64,000 bases of DNA, from positions 64,001 through 128,000 of the forward strand of contig JBMNJG010000004.1 in the NCBI GenBank assembly GCA_050951545.1. The letters run 5' to 3'. This document shows positions 1 to 10,540 of the stretch, in pieces. The notes below the pieces were generated by a model, which worked only from the letters and a program-made list of their open reading frames with translations, had not been told where the DNA came from and did not search any database. The first letter of the stretch is position 1; each line of letters starts with the position of its first letter. The stretch is from Limnochordia bacterium. GTDB taxonomy: Bacteria > Bacillota > Limnochordia > DTU080. A program made the translations under genes and the position numbers.

Positions 1-1331
1 CGCGGTGCCCGCTGACACTGTGGCCTACGATATGACCTCACTGTATTTCGAGGGCGACTATGACGATTCAGAGACCATCACCTTTGGGTATAGCCGAGAC
101 GGTAAGCCAGACAAGAAGCAGGTGAATGTCGGTCTTACGGTTTCCACAGAAGGTGGTGTGCCCCTGAATGGACGTGTCTTGGCAGGCAAAACAGCTGATC
201 CGGCTACGGTGGAAGCTAACGTGTCTGCTCTAAAGAAAGCCCTCCGACGTCAAGACTTTCTACAGATCACTGACGGTGGCATGTTAACACCAAAAAACGT
301 GCATATACTTGAGCAGCAAGGCATTCATTTTCTTGCGCCGTGGCAAGCAGACACCGCTATCTTCGAGTCGCTCACCGCTGGGGGCACGGTCATTTGGGAG
401 GAGCTACCTTATTGGGGTGCTAAGGGACACGATCGCTATTGGGCGACTGAGCTTGGCATATTGGTAACCTACGATGAGGTCCACGAAGACCAAACACCAC
501 CCGAACGGCAACCGGGGCAGCGCGGTCGGCTCCCAGAGCACCCAGTAACTCAGCATTCCTACTGGGAGCGAGCCGTCATCATTCGCTCCTCCAATAAGCA
601 AAGCCGCGATGAGAAAACGCGCAACAGAAGGCTCGCAAAACTCGAAGAACAGCTACAAACGCTTAGCGAAGGACTGAACAAGCGTCGACTAAAGACCAAT
701 CAGCAGGTCCAATCTAAGCTGGATCGCATCTTCTCTGGTTCTTATGCAGCTTACCGGCGGTGTTTCGCCATCGAGCTTAGTGGTCCAGATGGGCAGATGA
801 CGTTGCATTGGGAGCCAAACGAGGAGGCCCTTGACCACCTCAAAAAAGGCGAGGGGCTTTACGTTCTATTGACCAACCGGAAGGATTCGGAAGCCGATCC
901 CGCCAGTCGCATCCTGGAGCTGTACAAGAAGCGCAACCCAGTGGAAAATCGCTTTCGGGATTTCAAGTCTCATTTACGTGTCCGGCCCTTGTTCGTGCAT
1001 ACTGATGACCGAGTCGCTTCACTTGTGCTGATCACAGTCGTTGCCTTACAATTGTACTCCCTCATAGAATGGGAAGCACGAAAGGCTCAAGAGGCCTGGA
1101 CAACCCGTTTTCTCAAAAAGAAATTCGCCAGCATCTGCATACTTCAAACCGTTCATCCTAACGATGATGTTGAAATTGAATGGTGCAATGTCACACCTGA
1201 GCACTTGAGAATCTTAGAAACCCTGGGTTTGCGCCTAATCGAACTCCCCGAGCGCCTCGCGGGATTCACATAACCGTGCAACCGCCCGACTTGCCTCAAA
1301 AACCGCCATGACCTAAAGGCGGAAAACGGGG
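1..1331 (+). mobile_element. IS1634-family element, right part; probable right end near GCGGAAAACGGGG
   Basis: After the transposase stop there are about 58 bp ending in gcggaaaacgggg, which resembles IS1634 ends. The 3' half of an SBP gene follows immediately. Confidence 0.65.
5..1273 (+). CDS. IS1634-family DDE transposase (5' end outside the window)
   Basis: Motifs YDMTSLYFEG, FGYSRDGKPDKKQV, TDGGM, GLYVLLTN and Y..R..VE..FR..KS.L.VRP.F are typical of IS1634-family transposases. Confidence 0.88.
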   Translation: MPADTVAYDMTSLYFEGDYDDSETITFGYSRDGKPDKKQVNVGLTVSTEGGVPLNGRVLAGKTADPATVEANVSALKKALRRQDFLQITDGGMLTPKNVHILEQQGIHFLAPWQADTAIFESLTAGGTVIWEELPYWGAKGHDRYWATELGILVTYDEVHEDQTPPERQPGQRGRLPEHPVTQHSYWERAVIIRSSNKQSRDEKTRNRRLAKLEEQLQTLSEGLNKRRLKTNQQVQSKLDRIFSGSYAAYRRCFAIELSGPDGQMTLHWEPNEEALDHLKKGEGLYVLLTNRKDSEADPASRILELYKKRNPVENRFRDFKSHLRVRPLFVHTDDRVASLVLITVVALQLYSLIEWEARKAQEAWTTRFLKKKFASICILQTVHPNDDVEIEWCNVTPEHLRILETLGLRLIELPERLAGFT

Positions 1332-1341
1332 TGTAGGCAGC

Positions 1342-2097
1342 GTGCCAACAACATGGGAGGAAATGCTCGAGGTAGGAAGGAAATTCCTCAAGACAGATGG
1401 CGACGGTAAAACCACCCAGATTGGCTTTGGCATTCCCCGGGGTTGGATCTGGCCTACGTTTACCTGGACCTCGCTGATGCGGCAGTACGGGGTAGAGCCG
1501 ATCTCCAACGATAACAGGCCGCAGTTTTCGCAGCCGGGGAGCATGAAAGCTATCAATATGTACCAGGAGCTGTTTCGGAGAGCCTCCGACCCCGCTGCAT
1601 CATCAGGCACATTCTTCTCCCAAGGTCGTAGCGCGTTTGACTGGAATGCGAACTATAACGTGTTTGGGTATATGGCAAAGCAACCTCTGTTTGAGGTGGG
1701 TTCGGCCCCGCTACCGAAGTTTGCCGATGGTATAGCCAGCACGGTGAGCTATGGATTCGGCCACTTTGTGAGTGCTCAGTCAAAGCAAACGGAGTTGGCT
1801 TGGAAGGTGATTGCCTTCTTTGATGGCCCGCAGACAGCAGAGCAATGGTACACCGACGTATCGCTGTGGCATCCGTGGCGCGGCGCGTGGATCGAGCGCA
1901 TCTTCAAGATCGAACCGTTGCATCGGCCGTTCCTGGAGTCTCTCGAGTTTGCGAAGGCCGAAGTCAGCCATCCGCAGATCCGTCAGATACACACTCTGTG
2001 GGGTCAGGCTGAGACGCGAATTATGAGTGGCAGCATGGGCGTGGAGACTTCGTTGCAGAAGCTTGACGATGATATCGGCAAGATTATCGGGCCCTGA
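1342..2097 (+). pseudogene. C-terminal half of a sugar ABC solute-binding protein, interrupted by the IS1634 element
   Basis: Begins mid-protein at the PTTWEEML...DGDG motif. It has no signal peptide and abuts the IS end. Confidence 0.75.
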
Positions 2098-2152
2098 CAA
2101 GACCGTGTGATGTGGGATGCTTAAGAGAAAAAGGCCAGATCAGTCAAAGGGT

Positions 2153-2183
2153 GCCCCTACCCGTGATGGGTAGGGGCGGTTTT
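2153..2183 (+). terminator. Intrinsic terminator
   Basis: Hairpin gcccctaccc-gtgat-gggtaggggc followed by a short T-tract. Confidence 0.7.
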
Positions 2184-2200
2184 ACGCATAGGGAGAGGTC

Positions 2201-2689
2201 GTGGAGGTCATGGAACTGTGGGATGTGTTGGACGGGCAGGCCCGAAGAACGGGGCGCACCATTACGCGAGGGCAGAGGCTGGCGACTGGGGATTTCCATT
2301 TGGTTGTGCACATATGGATTCGGAATGAGCACGGCAAGTACCTGATTCAGAAGCGAGCTGATCACCTCGAATGGCAGCCAGGCATATGGGCAGCTACGGG
2401 CGGTTCTGTTATCGCAGGCGAGGATAGCTTATCAGGGGCCCTTCGAGAAACCAGAGAGGAACTGGGACTGGACTTGCATGCTGCAGAGCTAAGCAAGCTG
2501 GCCCGGCTTTTGAGGGTCGACAGTATCGTTGATCTGTGGCTAGCGCAAGTGTCTACGGATCGCTTAGGTACTCCTGTGCCGGGACCGGAAGTAACTGAAA
2601 TCAGATGGGTCCCGAAATCCGAGCTTAAGCGCATGGCAGATGTCGGCGACTTCTATGCGTATAGCTATCTGGACACACTGCCTGACTGA
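2201..2689 (+). CDS. NUDIX hydrolase (Idi/YfcD-like)
   Basis: Nudix box GGSVIAGEDSLSGALRETREELGL, with HLVVHIWI and LIQKRA motifs. Confidence 0.88.
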   Translation: MEVMELWDVLDGQARRTGRTITRGQRLATGDFHLVVHIWIRNEHGKYLIQKRADHLEWQPGIWAATGGSVIAGEDSLSGALRETREELGLDLHAAELSKLARLLRVDSIVDLWLAQVSTDRLGTPVPGPEVTEIRWVPKSELKRMADVGDFYAYSYLDTLPD

Positions 2690-2716
2690 CAAAAGACTCA
2701 CATGTGTCGGTATGCG

Positions 2717-2746
2717 GCCTGACGCCCGTGGTGACGGGCGTCAGGC
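2717..2746. terminator. Probable bidirectional terminator hairpin between convergent genes
   Basis: Perfect 13-bp stem gcctgacgcccgt-ggtg-acgggcgtcaggc. Confidence 0.7.
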
Positions 2747-2760
2747 TTATTACCCGTGGT

Positions 2761-4053
2761 CTAGCGCCTGCTGGCCTCTTCAAACAAGGCGGTGACCTCT
2801 CTATGAGCTTGCTCCAAAGCCACGCGCCCAGGTGTCTGACCCGACCAGATGCGGTTAAGGGCGGCATTGACGGTACTTGTGATGCGTGAGTCGGCAACTA
2901 CGCCATAGCCTGTGATGTTTTCAGGTTGCTCCATCTGTGTGAAGAACAGCGACCAGTTCTTCGGTAGGTTGTCCACAAGCGTATTGTAGCGTCGGATGAC
3001 GCTTGGCAGAACGGGTACTCGTCCGGTGATCTGAGCAAAAGCCTGCTGAGCTTCGTCATTCCCAGAGATGAAATGCACCCAGTCCCATGCGGCCTCCGGG
3101 TGTTTGGCGTGTCGACTGATCGAGAAGAACGTAAGGAAGATGGCGCTGGCGTTACTTTTGGGCCCTACAGGCTGTAGGGAGATGTCCCATGAGAACGGGG
3201 CGTCTTTGTACAGCGTTCCGATGACGCCAGGCCCATCCACGGTAGCGATAGCTGCATTTCCCATATAGATATAGGTGTTGGCGCGATTTGGTGTGCTGGG
3301 CGCCTGACTAGTGCGGTCTTTAACCACGATTCTTTCAAGAAACTCGATCGCTTGCAGGACTGGTTCGCTGGTGAGGCGGCTAGCGGTCGGAAGCATCTCT
3401 CGGTCGTAGTAGAACCCCCCGGCCTGTGCTACCTGGATGTACGGCCGAGCCGAAATGCGATCGATTCCCCATTGGTCGACAACGCCGTCCGAGTTGTGGT
3501 CTCGTGTAAGCTTGCGGCCATACTCTGCGAGAGCATTCCACGTCCAACCGCTTCCAAGTTCAGCAGGTGGCGTAAGGCCTGCGGCATGCAGCATGTCAAG
3601 GTTGTAGAAGGTGACAATGGGGTAAACACTCGCAGGATACCCAATTAGGCGGCCGCTGGGATCTGTAAGCCCGTTGAGAACGGGTTGGGCGTACATAGAG
3701 AGGGCCTTCGGATTGGTGCGGGCAAACCATGGCCGCAGATCTACAAAGTCACCATTTCCGATGAAGGACGCCGCCTGTCCTGTACTCATGTCGACAACTT
3801 CTGGGGACTCACCCGCAGCCACCAGTACTGCGAATTTCTGGTCTGGCTGGGCGTCGATGACGATGTTGACCTCGTAGTTAGGGTGCAGGTTCTCAAACTT
3901 GGGCTTCATCTGTCGCAGAAACTCGTGCCAGGAGTCGGAATGCGCCGCATACGAGAGGTGAGTGACAGGGATCTTGGCCGCACGTACAGGACCGCAGGTT
4001 AGGAGCACACTGAGTAGCAAGATGACCAGATGTACATGACGTCGTCGGAACAT
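2761..4053 (-). CDS. Sugar ABC transporter solute-binding protein (family 1)
   Basis: Signal peptide, plus AAGESPEV, YNLDML..AGL.PP, WTW and LTRDHNSDGVVDQWG motifs. AGGAGG RBS present. Confidence 0.88.
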   Translation of the reverse strand: MFRRRHVHLVILLLSVLLTCGPVRAAKIPVTHLSYAAHSDSWHEFLRQMKPKFENLHPNYEVNIVIDAQPDQKFAVLVAAGESPEVVDMSTGQAASFIGNGDFVDLRPWFARTNPKALSMYAQPVLNGLTDPSGRLIGYPASVYPIVTFYNLDMLHAAGLTPPAELGSGWTWNALAEYGRKLTRDHNSDGVVDQWGIDRISARPYIQVAQAGGFYYDREMLPTASRLTSEPVLQAIEFLERIVVKDRTSQAPSTPNRANTYIYMGNAAIATVDGPGVIGTLYKDAPFSWDISLQPVGPKSNASAIFLTFFSISRHAKHPEAAWDWVHFISGNDEAQQAFAQITGRVPVLPSVIRRYNTLVDNLPKNWSLFFTQMEQPENITGYGVVADSRITSTVNAALNRIWSGQTPGRVALEQAHREVTALFEEASRR

Positions 4054-4257
4054 GGATAGCCCTCCTTGTGACCTTCGGTGATTCGAAGCAAGACTCCATA
4101 GTTCTCTATGTCTAAATATACTATAAGAAACGGGGAAGAGGCAAGATGAGTGTTATCCAGAGGCCAGTGCCGGAGGTAACAGTCGCCTTGTACTAGGCAT
4201 ATGTAAGACCCGCGGCAGGCACCGCGGGTCCACACTTAGGTCTAGCGAGTTTCGGGA

Positions 4258-4788
4258 CTACCAGGAAAAGCCCACACCCAGTTTCCACGTGTTGGTGATG
4301 GGCGTGAAGCGGACATCAGTGGTCTCGACTTCGCCATCAGGGTAGACGGCCTTGGCGTAGACCGGAATGGTGACCACTGGTCCCACATCGATGGTTGCTC
4401 CCAGGCGTGTTCTCACCTTGAATCCTAGCTCTGAGACCAAACCTACCGCGGTCTGGCTTCCTGTTTTCACACCATCGTCCAGGACGATGTGTTGCCCAAA
4501 AACGTACCCACCAGCGTAGGCTCTCTGAGCCGTATTTCCCGGGGCAGCCACGTACCAACGCTTGCCAAGCGCTCCCCCGAGCAGAGTCATCTCGCCGGAA
4601 TCCCCAGACTGTTGGCCAGCCGCCAACTTAATGCCAGTCGACGTCAAGTCAGACCGTATCCATTCATGATCTAGCGATAGGATATTCTCCCGCAGGGCTA
4701 TGGCATCAATGGTTGTCACTCTCTCTGCCGCGACTGGAACAGCGCTGAACAGAACCAGTGCTATGAGTAGTGCTGCGACGTAACGCAT
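4258..4788 (-). CDS. Secreted small beta-barrel outer-membrane-like protein
   Basis: Signal peptide ending VAA, alternating amphipathic strands, C-terminus KLGVGFSW and a GGAGG RBS. Confidence 0.6.
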   Translation of the reverse strand: MRYVAALLIALVLFSAVPVAAERVTTIDAIALRENILSLDHEWIRSDLTSTGIKLAAGQQSGDSGEMTLLGGALGKRWYVAAPGNTAQRAYAGGYVFGQHIVLDDGVKTGSQTAVGLVSELGFKVRTRLGATIDVGPVVTIPVYAKAVYPDGEVETTDVRFTPITNTWKLGVGFSW

Positions 4789-4886
4789 GGTTGAAAGGCC
4801 TCCCATGATAATGTGTGCTGCACTAGATCCTTACGCCTTTGAGGGGCGTGGATCCTCGCCACAATTACTGGGGCTAGAGGGGGGGC

Positions 4887-6338
4887 CTACCAGCGATGAT
4901 CTCCTGCAATCCCAGGGCCGAAGGGAGCTATACGCAAGCCGAAGTAATGGGAGTTCCACAGGGCGTGGTCTCCTGTGTCGCGAACGCGTCGCCATATGGC
5001 CGCCAGCATGTCCTGAAGCCGACTCTGATGGGCGGGGTCGGTAGCTAGGTTGTGCATCTCGAAGGGATCACAGCTCAGATTGTAGAGTTCGTCGTAGTCA
5101 AAGCCATTGAAGATCAGCTTCCAGTCGCCCTCCCAGTAAAGGCGTTGCGTCAGTCGGTAGCGCCCGCCATGGTATTCCGCATAGCCTTTTCTATAGGATA
5201 CAGCAAGAGCTGGGTCACTTAGGAGCGGGGCGAATGAACGGGAGTCGGGTTCGCTGAGCGGCTCTGCGCCTACGAGATCAAGGATGGTGGGGCAAAGATC
5301 GTGCAGGCCAACCCGGGCGTCACTGACTACGCCTGAAGCAATGCCTGGTCCCGTCATCACCATCGGGATATTGTACGCTTCTTCAAAGCCCGAAACATTT
5401 TTACAGTAGAGGCCATGGGCACCAAGAAACTCACCGTGATCACTAGTGAAAATGATAATCGTGTTGTCCAGCGCGCCAGCCTGCCCCACAAGCTCAATTA
5501 GCCGGCCGAAGGTCTGATCAATTTCCGTGATGCTGGCATAGTAGCAAGCCGCCGCCTCTCGATGTTGTTGTTCTGTCATCTGAGCGAATGCTGCGCTCGC
5601 TTTGCGGTAGAGCCCGGGGCGGTCTGTGAGGTCATCGTGCAGGTTTGGGGGCAGCTCTAGAGCCTCCACATCATAGAGGTCAAAGGTCTTTTGCTCGCAT
5701 ACAAAGGGATCGTGGGGTTCGGAGACACTGACGAAGCAGCACCAAGGTGTCTCCTCGAACAAGACCTCTTGCAGAAACCCCTCGGCTAGGCTTGTGGTAA
5801 CACCCATGCCTCGGGTGTGTGGCGGTTGGTGCGTCACGGCGTATAGCAGGTTGCGCCGGTACCCTGGAGGATGATCGATGTAGTGTGCCAGTGCGTGCTT
5901 AGGCTCTGGCCTCTGCTTGCCTCGAAGCTGGTTTTGATGCTGACGGTAGAGTGAGCCGCTGGTGACACCGTTCACTTGCCAGCCGAAGGGCTCAGGTTCG
6001 TCAGTCCGCTCCACATGCCATTTGCCGAAATACCCAGTGTGGTAACCAAGTTGCACGAGCCGTTGCGCCCAGTGCGGCTTGTCAGTACGCAAACAGCATT
6101 GGTCGTCATCCACCACGTGCGTCACTTCGAGCACGCCATGGCTATGCGGCAGCAGGCCCGTCATGAGGCTGGCCCGGGCTGGTGAACAGACTGCGTTGGG
6201 CGTGTAGGCGTGGGAAAAACGCATGCCGCGGTCTGCCAGGCGATCAAGGTGAGGCGTGAGGCACGGATGCTTCGGATCCAGCACCCGTCCCTGCATCTGA
6301 TCCGTCATGAGAAAGAGGATGTTGGGTTTTCTAGCCAT
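4887..6338 (-). CDS. Cys-type sulfatase
   Basis: KPNILFLMTDQ, CSPARASLMTG, GKWH, PHDP and SDHG motifs. Confidence 0.92.
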   Translation of the reverse strand: MARKPNILFLMTDQMQGRVLDPKHPCLTPHLDRLADRGMRFSHAYTPNAVCSPARASLMTGLLPHSHGVLEVTHVVDDDQCCLRTDKPHWAQRLVQLGYHTGYFGKWHVERTDEPEPFGWQVNGVTSGSLYRQHQNQLRGKQRPEPKHALAHYIDHPPGYRRNLLYAVTHQPPHTRGMGVTTSLAEGFLQEVLFEETPWCCFVSVSEPHDPFVCEQKTFDLYDVEALELPPNLHDDLTDRPGLYRKASAAFAQMTEQQHREAAACYYASITEIDQTFGRLIELVGQAGALDNTIIIFTSDHGEFLGAHGLYCKNVSGFEEAYNIPMVMTGPGIASGVVSDARVGLHDLCPTILDLVGAEPLSEPDSRSFAPLLSDPALAVSYRKGYAEYHGGRYRLTQRLYWEGDWKLIFNGFDYDELYNLSCDPFEMHNLATDPAHQSRLQDMLAAIWRRVRDTGDHALWNSHYFGLRIAPFGPGIAGDHRW

Positions 6339-6566
6339 AGGTCTACCCCCTCCACTCAGGCTAGTAGGCGTGTCCTTCTGGGAGATAGGTTCACATTCCT
6401 GGAGCAGCGATCCTGTCGCTCCAATTGGGGGGAAGCAGTCAGATTCCTGCTATCGGTGAATCCGCGGTTTTTCTGCCTAACGCCGCAGGTGGGGTGGTGA
6501 TTGGAGAAGAAACCAACGGGGTAGGTCGGTGTGTGGAGGCTAGATTGCGGATCGTAGCATGAGGAG

Positions 6567-7163
6567 TTGACCTATGGATGGGCTCTTGTCTCGGCTTATC
6601 AGTTAGGCGGCCTCCGACGCGCTGCTGTGGTATGGGTGGCGTTCATGGTTGTGCTGTGGAGCGCATTTGCTGGCGCGGCCCTTGCCTATCCCGACGCGTT
6701 CGGCGGGGTGGAGCCTGCTGAACGAGTTGATTCGATGGCCGGTCTTGCTCTGTTCCTCTATATTTCGGTGATGAATGGCATGATCCTACTTCTGATAGCC
6801 GGAGGGAATCTGTTCGCTCGTTTTGGTTGGGTTACGCCAGGCCTCATTGTGTTGCTGCTACAAGGCGTGCAGATTGGATGGATGGCGGGCTCCAACGCAT
6901 TTGAGTTCCCTTTTCCATCCATGGCGGCCGCCAATCTGGCCTTTCTCAGAGTCGGCCTATGGGAGACCTCTGCCTGTGCTTTGATCTGCGCGGTGACGCT
7001 TCCACACCCGTTGTTGATCTCAGAGACATTCCCGCCGCGCGCGTGGAGTGAGACGCGGAAGCTGTCAGATCTTAGGCTGGATCATCAGGAGACTGTAGTG
7101 CTTTTTCTGGCGATCGCCATGTGGCTCGGCGCAGCAGTGTCGGAGGCGGTGGCACTCAGATGA
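6567..7163 (+). CDS. Multi-pass membrane protein of unknown function
   Basis: About 5 hydrophobic segments; its stop overlaps the next ATG (ATGA). Confidence 0.6.
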   Translation: MTYGWALVSAYQLGGLRRAAVVWVAFMVVLWSAFAGAALAYPDAFGGVEPAERVDSMAGLALFLYISVMNGMILLLIAGGNLFARFGWVTPGLIVLLLQGVQIGWMAGSNAFEFPFPSMAAANLAFLRVGLWETSACALICAVTLPHPLLISETFPPRAWSETRKLSDLRLDHQETVVLFLAIAMWLGAAVSEAVALR

Positions 7164-8245
7164 GGCACACAGGAGTGTCGATAGAGAAGAGACATGAACT
7201 AATGCAGAGGCGATCTAGGGGTCGCATCGTTGTTGTGGGGGATGTTCACGGGTGTTTGGACAGCTTGCAGCGCGTGTTGCAGCTGGCTGGGGTGATAGAC
7301 GGTAGGTGCCAGTGGTGCGCACGTCATGGCGCGCAGCTTGTCATTTGTGGAGATATGATTGATGAGGGAGCATGCTCGAAGCACGTTGTGCACTTGGTAC
7401 GCGCGTTGCAGGTGCAGGCTGGTGAGCAGGTAACGGCACTGATAGGAAACCACGAACTGTTGCTGTTGCGGGCTCTGGTGCAAGACCCCTCTGCGCTGGT
7501 CTGGGAGACCGTGTGGAGTTGGGCAGGCACCGATGCTGACCTGCAAGCTGCTCTTGTGCGGCACTGTGTGCCCCGTCTGACGACGGCATCCATCCGAGAG
7601 AGCTTTCAACAGACATTCGTGGCATCCGGTAGTGCCGAGTATCCTTCTGAGTACGCTGACGCGTGCACCTCCGTCTCCAAGGAGGCCGCGCATGAAGTGG
7701 CGGGTCTTTTCCGTGACGCGTTGCGTCGGGACGGCACATTGGCATGGCTGGAGAGCCTACCAGTCGCCAAGAAGGTGGGGAACTGGGGCTTCTTCCATGG
7801 CGGTCCACCCTGTGGTTTCGCAGGAGGCATTGATCGACTCAACGCGGCCTTCTCGGAACTTCTGCGCGACAGGCAGTGGCAGCACCCTCTCTTGGAGCCC
7901 TACTCTTCGCTGAACAGTCCCATTGGCACACGACGATGGATGGCTGATGGCGAAGAAGCAGTGGAAGAGCTTCTCGCGTCGTTTGGTATCGACCATGTAG
8001 CGTTTGGTCATTCACCCGGCGCCATCAACGGCATCTTCGGTCAGCTGGATCAGCGTTGGGACAAGGCCTTCAAGGCAGATACGTATTTCTCATTGGGCGT
8101 GGAAGGTTTTCTGGAGATTCTGGACGATAGTATCTGGGCAGTCTACACTGATGTTGGACGTGAGGTGTTCCGCAGGGTGCATCCCACGAGGCCTGAGCTG
8201 CCTCAGGTGGCGCTGCTATCGACGATTGCTGGCCTAGAACACTGA
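7160..8245 (+). CDS. Calcineurin-like (PPP-type) metallophosphoesterase
   Basis: GDVHG, GDMID, GNHE, HGG and GHS motifs. Confidence 0.85.
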   Translation: MRHTGVSIEKRHELMQRRSRGRIVVVGDVHGCLDSLQRVLQLAGVIDGRCQWCARHGAQLVICGDMIDEGACSKHVVHLVRALQVQAGEQVTALIGNHELLLLRALVQDPSALVWETVWSWAGTDADLQAALVRHCVPRLTTASIRESFQQTFVASGSAEYPSEYADACTSVSKEAAHEVAGLFRDALRRDGTLAWLESLPVAKKVGNWGFFHGGPPCGFAGGIDRLNAAFSELLRDRQWQHPLLEPYSSLNSPIGTRRWMADGEEAVEELLASFGIDHVAFGHSPGAINGIFGQLDQRWDKAFKADTYFSLGVEGFLEILDDSIWAVYTDVGREVFRRVHPTRPELPQVALLSTIAGLEH

Positions 8246-8258
8246 AAGAAGGATCCAC

Positions 8259-10118
8259 ATGAGTAGAACCGCAAGAGGAATCTTGGCTCTGTGCCTGCTT
8301 GCTCTTCTGTGCTTCACTGGGCAGGCGCTGGCGACACTGCCGGAATATGGAGCGGAGGCCAATCCGACCGGGGAGCCACTGGGAGGTGGGACGGGGTACA
8401 CACGTTTGGTGCATGGTGGAGAGTACGAAGTCCAAGACAGGGAGGGGTTTCTGGCGGCACTGAAACGGGCTCGGCCAGGCGAGATCATCTACTTACTACC
8501 GCAGGCTGAGATCGACCTCACAGGGCTGGAGAATGTCGAGATGCCTCAAGGAGTCACCATTGCTGGCAACCGAGGCGATGCGGGCAGTCCGGGGCCTCTG
8601 ATCTACTCCACTCAGTTGAAGACCTACCCACTCTTCAACGTCGGTGGCCCAGGCGTGCGCGTCACAGGCATCCGTCTGCGAGGTCCGAGTCCACAAACGC
8701 CGGATTCCATCGCCATGCGCATCATGGCCAATGACGTGGAGGTAGACAACTGTGAGATCTTCAACTGGAGCTATGCGGGCGTGGCCATTTTGCGAGCCCA
8801 GAACGCGTATATTCACCACAATTTCATCCATGACGTTCGCCGACCCGGACTGGGCTATCCAGTAGTAGTAGATGACGGAACGGCTCTGGTCGAAGCGAAT
8901 ATCTTCGACTACTATCGGCATGCGATCGCCGCCACGGGAACTAAGGGTACGGGTTACGAGGCGCGCTACAATCTCGTGCGAGAGAGTGCTATCAGCCACG
9001 CCTTTGACATGCACGGCGGTACAGACTATTGCCCTCGGCGAACGACCTGTACGGACCAGGATGTGCTGACAGCAGGTGCCTATGTGGATATTCACCACAA
9101 CACCTTTCTCATCACTAGCTATGAGGCCATCAGGATTCGGGGTGTGCCCAGCGAGTACGTTGATATCCACCACAACTGGTTCATCGACCCCAATCCGACG
9201 CGGAGCGTGCGCTACCGCTACTACAGCGGCGGTAATGCCCATGTGTATGACAACCTGTACGGACCCGACCAGCGGCATGTGGCGGTGTTGGTCACACCGA
9301 GTCCTTTCATCTTTGCAGAGGGGTCACGGGCCATCGTCGGTCTGGCAGGCGGCAAGCGGATCTCCTATGGCTTCGCCAACCCATCCGCAACCTCTACCAC
9401 GGTGGCCAGAGGTAGTATGCCAGTGGAGTTGCTGCCGGTTGTGGTCGATGCCTCGCTGGGCATGGATGTGGAAGTGACAGGGGTAGCGATCAGGCTTGGT
9501 GGCGTTGTGATCTACGAGGACGATGGACTGCCTGCGCCTGGCGAGTTGGTAGTGGACACGATGCAGATGCCAGATGGTGTCTATGAGATGGCATTGGAGG
9601 TCGAGACGAACTTGGGTTTTCCCTTGCGGCAATCGGTCCGGTTTCATGTGGACAACTGGTGGCAGATGACGGACAACATCGATGCTCCTGCCCTCTCAGG
9701 TTGGTTTGGGGTTCTTGATTTCTCACGCACCAGTGCCGTGTCCGATGGCTGGACGTACGCCACGGATAACCCTGAGGACTTCTGGCAAGATGGCGATCGC
9801 CGTGTTCGCTTAGGGCTGACGGAGGAGTTCCTGATTTGGGAGACACCCCGTCTTCAGCACTTTCGTACCGTCCTCTACAGCAGGAGTGTCGCACCGGATG
9901 GCGTAGGCGCATCAGTCTCTGACGATCAGACAACGTGGAGCGATTGTGTCTGTCAGGTCAAAGCCACTGGGCCCAATGAAGCAGGATGGTACCGCCTTGA
10001 GCTTGACGGATGGGTGCCTCACGGCGTAAGCGCAGACTGGTTTCGCCTGGTGTTGCGCGGCGGCGCAAACCCTGCGGATACGCAGATCGGTGAAGTGGAA
10101 TTCAGGGGATTGCATTAG
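8259..10118 (+). CDS. Secreted right-handed parallel beta-helix (pectin lyase-like) protein with C-terminal beta-sandwich domains
   Basis: Signal peptide, with repeated beta-helix coils (VEVDNCEIFNW, YIHHNFIHD, VDIHHNTF, VDIHHNWF). Confidence 0.75.
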   Translation: MSRTARGILALCLLALLCFTGQALATLPEYGAEANPTGEPLGGGTGYTRLVHGGEYEVQDREGFLAALKRARPGEIIYLLPQAEIDLTGLENVEMPQGVTIAGNRGDAGSPGPLIYSTQLKTYPLFNVGGPGVRVTGIRLRGPSPQTPDSIAMRIMANDVEVDNCEIFNWSYAGVAILRAQNAYIHHNFIHDVRRPGLGYPVVVDDGTALVEANIFDYYRHAIAATGTKGTGYEARYNLVRESAISHAFDMHGGTDYCPRRTTCTDQDVLTAGAYVDIHHNTFLITSYEAIRIRGVPSEYVDIHHNWFIDPNPTRSVRYRYYSGGNAHVYDNLYGPDQRHVAVLVTPSPFIFAEGSRAIVGLAGGKRISYGFANPSATSTTVARGSMPVELLPVVVDASLGMDVEVTGVAIRLGGVVIYEDDGLPAPGELVVDTMQMPDGVYEMALEVETNLGFPLRQSVRFHVDNWWQMTDNIDAPALSGWFGVLDFSRTSAVSDGWTYATDNPEDFWQDGDRRVRLGLTEEFLIWETPRLQHFRTVLYSRSVAPDGVGASVSDDQTTWSDCVCQVKATGPNEAGWYRLELDGWVPHGVSADWFRLVLRGGANPADTQIGEVEFRGLH

Positions 10119-10141
10119 GTGAGCCGCAGGCCTTTCTGTGG

Positions 10142-10540
10142 ATGGAAAGGGTGGTTCTGCGGGTGAACAGTACCCTTGCGGCGTTCGCTAGCGGTATTGC
10201 TATGACAGGTGACATTCGGGTGGACATGATGGCGCTGCTGACGCACTATGGTTGTGAAAAAACGATCAGTCACAGCCTGTGCATCGCCAACGAGGCTCAA
10301 CGCTTGGCCGCGCGCTGGAACGAGAGTCTCTTTGAGGCCGAAGTGGCGGGCTGGTTGCATGATATCAGTGGCATCGGCTGCCACACTACGCTCAGAGCGG
10401 ATGCCACGGGGCTGGACAAGGTGGTATTCCGAACGGTCGGATGTGGCAAGCTCAGGCGCAGTGGTACAGGTCGCAGCCAAGATGGGCGTGATCTCACCAA
10501 GCGGCGCCAGAGACTACTCTCGCACAGGCAGGAGGGATAG
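10142..10540 (+). pseudogene. Internally deleted HD-domain (YqeK-like) hydrolase remnant
   Basis: HS...A..LA...AGWLHDIS joins directly to GCHTTL...LDKVVF, so the middle of the domain is missing. Similarity is lost after that. Confidence 0.6.
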
